DNA of 64,000 nucleotides from Glycera tridactyla. Its lineage: Eukaryota. The translations under genes and the position numbers were made by a program. The stretch covers positions 37,758,001 through 37,822,000 of the forward strand of contig OZ286462.1 in the NCBI GenBank assembly GCA_965644265.1, in the 5' to 3' direction. Shown piece by piece: positions 1-11,081 of this stretch. The notes under the pieces were generated by a model. The model ran no database searches, was not told the DNA's origin, and saw only the letters and a program-made list of their open reading frames with translations. How positions within the stretch are numbered: the first letter of the stretch is position 1; the number at the start of each line of letters is the position of its first letter.

Positions 1-21
1 CTCAACTTTGTTGAGATGAGG

Positions 22-734
22 TAACAAGAGCGCAAAGCTGCGCTGGGTGATCTCCAGTGTGAATTGGGGGATAGTGACAAGGCCTTCTTCAGGAATTTGA
101 GATCGCATCGAATCGCCGTCATTTGTGCAAGTGCTGCTCTCTGATTGGCTGGTTTTACAAATGTTATCTACAACTTCAATCATGATTCGGCGCAGTGATC
201 TTTGAAACCTGGTAATGAGGTGCGAACAAGAAGCACTACTTTACACCCCCTATAAACGACCAAAACTCAGATTTTTTGAGATTTATGCAAATAGATAAGA
301 CAAATGGATGTCGAGGAACTAATTCAGATGATTGTTCCAACAGAGTGTTCGATTTTGTCCATGAAACCTGATAATGAAGTGCAAACAAGAAGCACTACTT
401 TTTCAAAGTGGGCGTGCCCAAAGAACTCGATTGACAGGCATTTACTATTCGTGCGTAGCTATACATCTCTGAGCAGTCGTATCTGTGTGCTTTGATGATC
501 GGCCACAAAAACGAGTGTTGAGAGAATTTCGTATTTCGTAATCGCTACATTTCCTCGAATTGTCGTTCATCAGATCAATAAATCATCTTAAAATTGTGTC
601 AGATTAGATCATTTGATCCTTTTATACAGATCCGATCCAGATTCGTTCAGTCATATTATCCTCGAGAGTCAGAATCGGCGAAGTTAGAAAGCATTTCGAG
701 CAGAGAGGTGGTAGCATAGTAGAGATCACAAAAA
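22..734 (-). mobile_element. Possible non-autonomous Helentron/DINE-1-like element
   Basis: Left end TAACAAG followed by hairpin AGCGC-AAAGCT-GCGCT and GTGATCTC (47-54); reverse complement GAGATCAC (722-729) followed by AAAAA. Only an 8-bp inverted match, so tentative. Internal ~40-bp duplication at about 205-250 and 363-410. Confidence 0.35.
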
Positions 735-877
735 GCATATGAAATGAAAAGGGTTTTGGTGATTCATTATCACTCCTCAGCCTCAAACTAAAACACAGCT
801 GATTTGGATATCAGGTGTTCAGTGTCTTCGGATCTGGAAAGATTGTCTCTCATGAGATTGCTGTTATCCCCCGGAAT

Positions 878-964
878 TCAAGACAAGTAGCATATTAGTG
901 CTTCTTCCCTGCCAATATTTTTCACTGTCCATTGACCTGGCACTGGATATTTGTGGCACAATAC
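878..964 (-). CDS. Last coding exon of SGNH-domain gene (VLCHKYPVPGQWTVKNIGREEALICYLS*), isoform using the 4958 acceptor
   Basis: Acceptor CCTTGTTTCTAATAG| at 965-979, phase 0, matches the phase-0 donor at 4841; TGA at 878-880. Confidence 0.55.
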   Translation of the reverse strand, partial: VLCHKYPVPGQWTVKNIGREEALICYLS

Positions 965-971
965 CTATTAG

Positions 972-3900
972 AAACAAGGCTGTCTCATGGGCGAGACATA
1001 ATAATGGCAACGCCAGTTGTATGAGGGGATGGAATCACCACCACCGCCACAACCACAGATTACTGCCACCAAAATCCACCATCACCACCGCCATGGACCA
1101 CCAACACCACCACAATGGACCACCAACACCACCACAATGTATCACCACCACAATGGACCACCAACACCACCACCACTGCCATGTACCACCACCACCACCA
1201 TTGCCATGTACCACCATTATGGACCACCATGGACAACCACCACCATCACTATGTACCACCACCACCACCACCACCACCACCACCACCGTCATGTACCATC
1301 ACCACCACTGCCATGGACCACCACCACCACCACCACCACCACCGTCATGTAACATCACCACCATGTACCACCACCGCCATGGACCACCACCACCACTATG
1401 AACCATCACCAACACCATGGACCACCACCAGCACCATAGACCATCACCACCACCATGGACCACCACCACCACCACTGCCATGGAGTTCCACCACCAGCAT
1501 GGACCACCACCACCGCCATGGACTATCACCACCACCACCATGGACCACCACCACCACCATAATGGACAGCCACCACCACCACAATGTACCACCACCACCA
1601 TAGACCACCACCACCACCATGGACCACCACTACCACCACAATGGACCACCAACACCACCACAATGGACCACCACCACCACCATTGCCATGTACCACCATT
1701 ATGGACCACCACCACCACCACCACAATGTACCACCACCACCATAGACCACCACCACCATGGACCACCACTACCACCACAATGGACCACCAACACCACCAT
1801 CATGGACCACCACCACCACCGCCATGTACCACCACCACCACCATCATTGCCATGTACCACCATTATGGACCACCACCACCGCCATGGACCACCACCACCA
1901 TGAACAACCACCACCATCACTATGACCACCACCACCACCAACACTGCCATGTACCACCACCACCGCCCAACACCACAATGGACCACCACCACCGTCATGT
2001 ACCATCACCACCACCATCACCACCATGTACCACCACCACCCCCATGGACCATCACCACCAACACCATGGACCACCACCACCATGAACCACCACCACCGTC
2101 ATGTGACATCACCACCACCATCACCACCATAGACCACCATAGACCACCACCACCACCACCACCACCACCACCACCATAGACCATCACCACCACCATGAAC
2201 CACCACCACTCTCACCTACATGTAACATCACTACTGCCATGGAGTACCACCACCACCATGGACCACCACCACCACCATGGACCATCACCACCACCATGGA
2301 CCATCACCACCATGTACCACCACCACCACTGCCATTGACCATCACCACCACCACCATCATGATCCACCACCACCACCATGAACCACCACCACCACTGTCA
2401 CCACCATGTAACATCACCACCATGTACCACCACCAACATTTACCACCACCACCATGGACCACCAACACCGCCATGGACCATCACCACCACCACCGCTATG
2501 GACCATCACCACCACCATGGACCACTACCACCACCACCATAGACCATCACCACCACCATGGACCACCACCACCGTCATGTACCATCACCACCACCATCAC
2601 TACCATGTACCACCACCACCACCGCCATTGACCATCACCACCACCACCATGGACCACCACCACCATGTAACATCACCACCATGTACCACCACCAACATGC
2701 ACCAGCACCACCATGGACCAGCACCACCACCATGGACCATCACCACCACCACCATGGACCAGCACCACCACTATGGACCATCACCACCATCATGGACCAC
2801 CACCACCACCACCATAGACCATCACCACCACCATGGACCACCACCACCACCACCACTGCCATGGAGTACCACAACCACCATAGACCACCACCACCACCAT
2901 GGACCAGCACCACCACTATGGACCATCACCACCATCATGGACCACCACCACCACCACCATAGACCATCACCACCACCATGGACCACCACCACCACCACTG
3001 CCATGGAGTACCACAACCACCATAGACCACCACCACCGCCATGGACCACCACCACCACCACCGCCATGGACCACCACCACCACAATGTACCACCACCACC
3101 CCATGTACCACCACCACCACAACCATAGACCACCACCACAATGGACCACCAACACCATCACAATGTACCACCACCACCACCACCACCACCACCGCCATGG
3201 ACCACTACCACCACTGCCATGGAGTACCATCACCACCACCATGGACCACCCACCAGCGTTCGGAGCGGACTGCCGCGCAACCATGGCCCACGCTACTTCG
3301 GCGCCGATCGTCGAGAGGGGCGGGCGTCCCTCCCCATGGAATCTCGAGCTGGAGGTCCGTAGCGAACCGGTGAGTCACCCGTGGGACCACATTATCTGGT
3401 TATGGCCAAACACTACCGAAACCGACGTGTCCGGTAAAAGTTCGCAAATCGCCGTCATTAGGCGCTTTCCTTCACGGTTTGGTCACAATTTTCGAAACAG
3501 TATGTATTCTCGCATCATATTAATGGTGTATTAGGTGATATTTCGCCAAATAAGCGTCGAATGAAGTCTGTGTTCAGGCGAGGAACTCGCGCATCTTCTT
3601 GTCGTTTGATTCGGCAATTTCCGTAGGTCTTCGGTTACTTTCGGCTCACCGATAATAAGATTCAAGATGGCGGCGGCCGGTTTTTTGTGCCCTATACCGG
3701 AAGCAAGAACCCAATTTCCAGCCTCGTTCTCGCATTCGGCCGCCATCTTGCTCGAGGTGCCGACAACTTCGCGTTATGAAAAAATACTTTCGATCGGATT
3801 TTTGAGGAGGTGGAACATATCTTATCACAGCTTTGATACAAATTGTATAGAGTAATCCTAACAGAATACGTTCGTCCTACCGCTTTTCGTTCGACACGAG

Positions 3901-4704
3901 AAAAATTTCGAGAACATTAAGCCACAACGTGATGTGGAACCCTACGTCAAGAGATCAACGTGTCGGAACGCCGACTTCAAAGATGTGCTGTATTATCGAT
4001 GACAACTTCGACGTTTTTCAATGGCGATTTATGGAAACATTTTTTTCAGCAATATGGTCTCCATGTGAAGCTTATTTTTGTTATTCCGCACATTTTCGTG
4101 CAAATTCTGTCATTCTAGCACCAGTAGTCACTTCTGTGGGGAATGCATGGAACCCTATGTAAAAAATGGTTTTTCCCAAAAAAATCGAGATCGAGGCTGA
4201 AATTCAAAAAACGAAGAAATGTAGTATCAGGAGAATTGCGGTACGCACGCGTTGATATGTGACACATGGTTGAGCATTCTATTTCAAACGAGAGATTTCC
4301 GTACGAAAATTTGACCAAAAAAATTTGTTTTCATTCTCACGACCTTGAAAATGCCCTGAGGTCAACCATATTGGGTAAAATTGTAGACACTATAGGAAAG
4401 AGGTTGTGTGTCGAATATCATTCAAAACGGATGACATTCCCATGAGATATGGACGCTCGAAGTTTGCATGTGATGCTATGGGCGCCGATTTTCGAGGGCC
4501 CAAACGACCTTGAACTTTGACCTGGATCAAGACGAAACTTAGATGGACGCGTGCGTCTGACCTCAGAGATTCTTAGCTATAGGAGGTCAAAGTTTGTGCG
4601 ATCGACGGTTTTCGCGCTATGAAGTGAAATTCGCTAAAAACCACGTCATTTTGCAAAAACCAAGTGAGATAAATCCAAATATAATGGCGTTGCCATTATA
4701 ATAA
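972..4704 (-). mobile_element. Helentron-associated (HINE/DINE-1-like) non-autonomous element, about 3.7 kb, carrying a central tandem array
   Basis: Perfect 15-bp inverted pair ATAATGGCAACGCCA (1001-1015) / TGGCGTTGCCATTAT (4685-4699). The 4680-4700 end is itself a hairpin (TATAATGGC-GTT-GCCATTATA). On the minus strand the other end reads subTIR, stem-loop TGTCTC-GCCCAT-GAGACA, then GCCTTGTTT, as in DINE-1. Confidence 0.7.
1045..3255. repeat. (CAC)n-based complex minisatellite, about 2.2 kb, punctuated by CATGGA/CATGTA/CATAGA/CAATGG motifs
   Basis: Direct reading; produces overlapping poly-His/Pro/Thr ORFs in all three plus frames and poly-Val/Trp/Gly ORFs on the minus strand. Confidence 0.95.
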
Positions 4705-4840
4705 GAGATTCACCTGTCTGATAGCAGTTTGTACATCAGTCAGACACAGTATGTTCGCATATTACATACCCAGTGGAGTCATATCTCTCAGCTATTATAT
4801 GATAAGGAAAAATGAGCTGATGAAATGTGGATAAACTTAC

Positions 4841-4958
4841 CTTCATCTTCCACTTCTCCATTTTCGTAAGTGGCAATGGTTTACACTGCCTTTGCTTCTC
4901 ATGGTATGATGATGAGAAATTGTGAAACTTCTTTTGATCATGTTGTGACTTGATGTGC
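4841..4958 (-). CDS. SGNH-domain gene exon, basic C-terminal region (HIKSQHDQKKFHNFSSSYHEKQRQCKPLPLTKMEKWKMK); alternative acceptor would start the exon at 4963
   Basis: Strong donor AAG|GTAAGT at 4840; tandem acceptors TTCATTCAG|GGCAG|. 118 bp, phase 2 to 0, keeps the frame open into exon 878-964. Confidence 0.65.
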
Positions 4959-5533
4959 CTGCCCTGAATGAAGAAATTGAAGAAAGGTTTTCAACAACAT
5001 TAATGATTACAGCTTTGAAATATGAGAACTTCTGGATTGATGTGCTGACCATTATACCTGCATCTTGCTTCCAAAATGAGAGAAAAGTCGAGTGACCCTC
5101 GAATCCCATGATAATGGATGACACAAAAACAAATAATTTGGTTTGTATCAAGTAAGGGCTAATCAGACATGGATTACAGTAAACTCACCCCAGTCTTTCT
5201 TCGGAACTGTCGTAGTGGTCGGTTCATCCTGAGTATACATTTCTGCTTGAATTGTCTTCTGAAAAAAACACATAGATATACAGCATTACCAGTGGCAGAA
5301 ATTCTCACATATTCTTGTACACATATGGCCAGACAGACAGACAGACAAAGTCAGGCAAACAGGCATGCTTGCAACTGGCAGACAGGCGGAGAGGCAAGAC
5401 GGCCACTGACGGAGAGTCAGATATTAAGAGAGTAGGGAGAGAACATCGGATGGACAGAAAGACAAATAGACTGATTTAGTTGGAGAATATGCATGGATAA
5501 CTCCGAGTGGGAATTTGAGGGGAAAGAGTTTAC

Positions 5534-5608
5534 CTCTTCTTGTCGCGAATGTACCTTCCAAACCTTCTTCTCGACTCTGTTGCAGATCTCGATTCTCCTG
5601 CCAATAAT
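5534..5608 (-). CDS. SGNH-domain gene exon (LLAGESRSATESRRRFGRYIRDKK)
   Basis: Acceptor TTATCCTTTCAG|, donor GAG|GTAAAC, 75 bp, phase 2-2, open in the frame set by the upstream exon. Confidence 0.75.
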
Positions 5609-6269
5609 CTGAAAGGATAAAACCATAACATCTGTTGTTAGTGCAGGTGATTATATGTGTCAGCCTGCCCGATGGGCAGGTACTAAACCACTTTTCAGTT
5701 TATGATTATACGCAGCAGGGCAGTTGAAAATAACAAGGAGGGCAGGTGTAAATCACACTTAACCTGCCTACAGGACAGAGACCTGCTTGATGATCTTGAA
5801 ATTCACCATGACCGCATGTGAATCATATGTGTTTTGCCACATGTAAAGGGGGTTCATGAGGGGACCTGAACCCTGACCATGGGCTAAACATTCTCACCCA
5901 TCCCCGAGGAAAACCCACACACGAATCTCCATCGGGATGAAACTCTAACATCCCAAGTTACCATAGTTCACCCACACATCAAATCACACTTTTAAAATAT
6001 AATCCCCTTCAGTGTATAAACACCACAGGGCATAACAATGAAGATGCACCAGCCCAATGTGCGGTCAGCTTGTAAAATCACCTGACATAACAACGACGGT
6101 ATTGCATGTATTGCAGTATGGCGGGTGACCGCATGAAGCTCAATCCATCATAATGTTCTAAATGAGCCAAAGATGAAGGATGTGTGTCAATTTACCACCC
6201 CCCCCCCCTCTCATGAAGGCAACAGTGCAACAGTGCAATTGTGATACAAAACAAAATAATAGATGATAC

Positions 6270-6389
6270 CTCTTGCAAGCTGATTCCTCTGCATCGAAAT
6301 TGCGCTCCATTTCATGCTTGACAACTGAGCAGATGAATGAGTGTAGGATTGAATTTCCATATCTGGAGGGGTGTAGCTGATCATGCACT
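6270..6389 (-). CDS. SGNH-domain gene exon with block V (VHDQLHPSRYGNSILHSFICSVVKHEMERNFDAEESACK)
   Basis: Acceptor ATGTTTTGTAG|, donor GAG|GTATCA, 120 bp, phase 2-2; D-x-x-H-P-S-x-x-G catalytic Asp/His motif. Confidence 0.88.
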
Positions 6390-6945
6390 CTACAAAACAT
6401 AAGATCAGGACCAATCACTTGCTGTCCATGGTATGATCCAAATTATTATTTCAGTAGAAAATACTATCTTAAATAAAAATTCATTCTCTCTGAGTTTACC
6501 CTGAACTAAAATTGTCAGCATGCACTGTATAACGTTCATAAAAATGAGCAAAATCAATTAACAATTGATTTCAAAATGGATTCAGGTACAAGTGATAAAC
6601 ACCTCATAGGGTTTGCTCTAAATTAAGATTTCAGGCCCAACACATTAATATGACAACTCATCCTGAGTTCCCCACTTGCATGTGTGGAGCTGTGTGAAAG
6701 ATCAGATATGATCCTGTTCGATTTGATCATACAAAAGAGACTCCACTTGAGCCAAAGATAATAATTCCCAAAGAAAGTAATACTTCTTTGGTAAATTTTA
6801 GCAACATTTTCACACAGAATTACACCTCCTTGCAGTGAAGGCTGTAAATCTGATCCATAATATTTCCCTGTCTAGCAAAAATTGCCATATATCTGTGTTT
6901 ATCAAGAATGACAAGTGCGCGATAATGGGTGCATTTTTTCATGTA

Positions 6946-8442
6946 CCGAATATACTCCCATATCAGCCCATTTTTTTAGACCAAAATATCAGGGCAAAAG
7001 TCGAGTATAAATTTCCTCAGAGCCAAATATCAATGTAAACAAAGAGCCGTGGTTGGGTTTCGCTAGCGCCGGCCGCCATCTTGGATGTTGAAACAACCGG
7101 TGCTCATACCAACAAAGACACGTGCAAATGTCATCAAATTTTACAAAGTTCCTATCCTAATAAAAGTCTATCAATGCAAGAAATACGTCAGCAATATATT
7201 GTGTTATTCATCAAACAATCTTTTTCATCACTAGCGATCATTCTCAAAACGCCAAAATTACTCGCCGGATGTAAATTGTTAGTCCCATACGCACAAATAT
7301 GGAATCTAATGGCAGGTTTGATTATCGGTTGGTAGAAAATCCCGACAAATTCGCCATAAATGTGATGAAAACAATACGTGTATAACCATCAGATTTTGTT
7401 CCGCCACTTCAACCACCATTCGTCACATGATCGATGATGACCAAATATGGCCAAGGACAAGAAAAAACTAATTTGCATAATTTATGTGAGCTATTCATGA
7501 CATAATTCCGAAATTTTGCTTTATATCCGGGATGCCAGCCTCATCACATGACATACCGTATTCTACCTAATTAGCACCCGGGGCGCTTGCTAATTGAGAA
7601 AGGGGGGCGCTTATTAGTTCAAAATGTCGAAAATCGCCGATGGGCGATAATCGGGTATTTTGGCGAACAATCGCCGATGGCAGGTGAAATATCAAAGAAA
7701 CATTCGATAAATGTATCACTAGGGTTCTATTCGTGTCATATAGCAGAAAAAGGGATAAAGCTACAAGGATACGACGAATATTCATCGAGTAAACAGTGGC
7801 GGCGTTTGCATATCCACTCTCACTTTGACAAGTCAATCTCGTGTAATCAGACGTAGCTTGCCGCGATGAATAACCAAGAAATATTGAACTCACGGTAAAA
7901 ACGATCATGCGAATGAGTTTCTAGGCATTAAATTGTGTGGTATCCATCCATAAATCTCGAAAATCCGTCGAATATTCGCCGAAAACAGTGGAAATATCGA
8001 GCGGCAAGCACTGGCAACTTCTCCCTCCCATGGGAGGGGGGGGGGCGCTTATGAGGGTGGGGGCGCTAATTAGGGAGAATACGGTAACAATGGTGCTCAA
8101 ATCGCTGGGGAAGAAGCCAGCCTTTCGTTTTCATCGCGAAATACATGCTTTTTCGGCCTTGTCACGTGTTTTCACTGACGGAGATCGCCTCAACATAGAT
8201 AGTACTCGTGAATCATTTGAGTATGAAGGCGCGAACGAACAATGGCTGGGTTAAGGCGTGAAATGGCTTCTCTACACGATTGTCTTTGATGTATCACGGC
8301 AATAGTCGCAAGTTGACTTGCTGAAATTCGCCATGCTCAATCAACAGCTTATATTTGCGATATTGACTAAATCCCAACGTTTGGAGGAGAAAACGTACAC
8401 CCGGGTTAAACGCGGAGAAGGCTTATATGTGAGTATATACGG
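6946..8442. mobile_element. Tc1/mariner(pogo)-type MITE hosting a nested MITE
   Basis: TIRs CCGAATATACTCCCATATCAGCC / GGCTTATATGTGAGTATATACGG, TA on both sides. Confidence 0.7.
7556..8084. mobile_element. Tc1/mariner(pogo)-type MITE, CCGTATTCT family, nested in 6946-8442
   Basis: TIRs CCGTATTCT(A/C)CCTAATTAGC; TA duplication; homologous to 13072-13724 (inverted) and the fragment starting at 15659. Confidence 0.85.
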
Positions 8443-8739
8443 TATACATATCTAATAAGGTGTTTTTTCAAAAATTCCGATGAATGACAGAGTACTCAGA
8501 AACGATGATGAAATAGAAGTTGAATTGAATTGAAGTTCATGAGACCTGACTCAATTTGGTCAAAGAACTACTTCCTTGATTAGGAGATATTCTAGCATTC
8601 ATTGTGATTATATTCGATTCTGTTATGATATTTTTACAGAGTGAATTTTCATGCCTATGGCTGTTTATGAAGCTTGATGAATGTTGTTGGGAGTTCATTT
8701 TGGTGCAATCCTGCTCACGAGGTTTTCTTACAGACAGAC

Positions 8740-8890
8740 GGACAATACAAATTCTATATGTCTACCCCACCGGGGCGGGGGGGGGGGGGGGGGGGAGGGG
8801 GAGACATGATGAAGTAAATAGCAAGACCAAAATCTGACAAGTTCATTGGATCCTTCCACGAGGTATGCTGACCAGATTTCAACGAATATG
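8740..8890. mobile_element. DINE-1/HINE-like terminal fragments (GACA microsatellite plus stem-loop ending in AGACAT)
   Basis: ACAGACAGACGGAC...ATGTCT...poly-G...AGACAT; 8820-8890 resembles 15880-15950. Fragmentary. Confidence 0.4.
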
Positions 8891-8987
8891 GATGAGTAGT
8901 TCTACCGCAATCATGCTAACAAGATTCGAGACAGACATTAGGTCATTACAAAATCTATAAGTCTCCTCCATTAGGGGTGATACTCAC

Positions 8988-9122
8988 GATAGCAGCTCAT
9001 GCGACCATGGCTGATCGAACACCACGTAACTCACGATGCGAATCTCTTCAGGGTTTGGAATCAATTTGTGCAGTTTTCTCAGCTCATATGTGTATAAGTT
9101 TGCACATACTTCATAAGAATCC
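8988..9122 (-). CDS. SGNH-domain gene exon (DSYEVCANLYTYELRKLHKLIPNPEEIRIVSYVVFDQPWSHELL)
   Basis: Acceptor TATTATCTTTTCAG|, donor ATC|GTGAGT, 135 bp, phase 2-2, links block III exon to block V exon in frame. Confidence 0.85.
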
Positions 9123-9188
9123 CTGAAAAGATAATACCTTCGAATGTACAACAGTCCTGTGAGCAAAAATGGCTCGGGATAAAGAATA

Positions 9189-9365
9189 CAGTAAAACCTG
9201 GCTTAAGTGAAAAGTCATGGGACCAAATTTTTCTTTCACTTAAGACAGGATTTTGCTTAGCGCAGGACAATTATAGTGAGAAAAAAACATACGGGAAGAC
9301 CGTGGGGTGTGTGCTTAAGACAGGATTTTGCCTAGCGCAGGTTTACTCTCAAGCAGGTTTCACTG
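9189..9365. mobile_element. Tc1/mariner-type MITE, CAGTNNAACC family
   Basis: TA-CAGTAAAACCTG ... CAGGTTTCACTG-TA. Confidence 0.75.
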
Positions 9366-9615
9366 TACATTCAGTGTGTGAGCTTGTGTATGTGCTTGTG
9401 TGTGATTTTTCTGGTGTCAGTGAAGTATCACAAACGAAGATATGATTCATGTGGGAAATACTGGATAATTCGGGGAATGGGCTATCCCCAATAACACAAT
9501 ATCTTCTCATCCTAAAGTAACTTGATTATTGATCTTGTGCAGGGTTGACATCAAAGACAGACTTGACAGGATTCTAAGTAATATGCTATTCGGTATCGGT
9601 ATCACCTATACCCAC

Positions 9616-9805
9616 CTTCGACTCAGGATTTCTCCGATAAGAACCAACTTATTATGTCTCTTATGTAAGGTCTGTGCGAGCTGGAGATGCTGCTGTGCTG
9701 TTGGTGTGAGGTTATGTGGTAGGAGCCACGGGATATTGTTTGTGCCAACATGTAGAAAAATGACATCAACTTCACTGTCAATCTCATATGCAGGGGAATT
9801 AGTGA
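9616..9805 (-). CDS. SGNH-domain gene exon with block III (TNSPAYEIDSEVDVIFLHVGTNNIPWLL...KLVLIGEILSR)
   Basis: Acceptor CTATGTTTCAG|, donor AAG|GTGGGT, 190 bp, phase 1 to 2; VIFLHVGTNN motif. Confidence 0.9.
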
Positions 9806-10972
9806 CTGAAACATAGAGCCAATATTACCTACATCAATCTAGTGGATGAAATTAACAATACGTTCATAATCTTTAATGTCTCTCACTACTGATTGATTTT
9901 TTTTCACCAGAATCAGCCATGGCATGGTATGATATCCAACTCAAGCAACATGTCTTTGCTCAAAGCACACAGTTTCATCAGGGTCTTATACCAGGGAGGA
10001 GCTTGACTGTACGGTCCCTCAAGATTAAAACTTTCTTGTATGCATGCATGTTTAAAGCAGGCAGGCAAGTTGGTAGTGATGACCTGCTGACCTGTTCTCC
10101 AGCTCTCTCATTAAAGTGTTGCCAGTGCTATGTAGCCCCTACCCCAACCCCCACCCAGCAGGCAGCACATCCTGCCTGCACTGTAGGCAGGCCCATGAGC
10201 ATGGTCGAACCACAGTAGATTTCACAATCATTTGATTCAGACTCCTCAAAACGTCCATCAATCTTGGATTACTGGCTGCAGATCTCACTGATATCACCAA
10301 CATGCAACAGTAGTATCGCGATACATACATTTCCATATATTGCGATTTGATACAGCTGACAGTATCGTGGTGCACCAATGCACGGTGATTCTTACCACAT
10401 AGTGATGAGCCGAACTAGAATATAGTCGAATTTGATTTGATTGCACCAAGAAATCAAACATTTGAATGCCAACTTGATGTTTGATTATTTGATTTTATAG
10501 ACCACCTGATCCACAGTCTGTATATTTTGATGATGGATACATCCAAATCTGACCACTATATCAGCTCACCTTACCCCCAACTCCATGCTCCAACCCCTCT
10601 CAGCCACATGCTGGAACAAATGTGCTCTATGAGTAAATGGGGAATACTTGGTTACCATGGAAACTCAATGAGGCCTGGTACAAGGCAAGTTCGAATGTTA
10701 TTGGCCCAATCCCTAAATGTCATTTCCTTAATACTGTTTTGATAATTCCCATCTACACTTGTCATCCAAAATCCCCTCATGATGAAAGTGCTTGAGCTTG
10801 TAAAGGAGTACAGTCAAAGCTCCTTTGAAGACCACCTCCCAACACTATTACCACACATACACAGTACATCTGAGTCCCTAACATTATGACTTGTTTTTGG
10901 TGCTAAATATACTTTTTTATATGGTATTCAGGCCTGAGATGTCCAATCATGACACTAGAGACAGTGTATTAC

Positions 10973-11081
10973 CTTGTCGTAATGTTTGAATAGTAGCTCC
11001 AGGGTATGCATCCACTGTAAACTCACATCCATCCATTAGTTCAGGGACGTATTTCAAAATACTATCAGAAATGATGTGCAC
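10973..11081 (-). CDS. SGNH-domain gene exon with blocks I-II (VHIISDSILKYVPELMDGCEFTVDAYPGATIQTLRQ)
   Basis: Acceptor CCTCTCTTTACAG|, donor AAG|GTAATA, 109 bp, phase 0 to 1; (G/S)DS nucleophile motif and PGA oxyanion-hole glycine. Confidence 0.9.

Noticed and set aside
898-3534. Many long His/Pro/Thr-rich and Val/Trp/Gly-rich ORFs
   Set aside because: By-products of the CAC array; all frames are open simultaneously, there are no splice signals, and it lies inside a transposon-like element in an intron.
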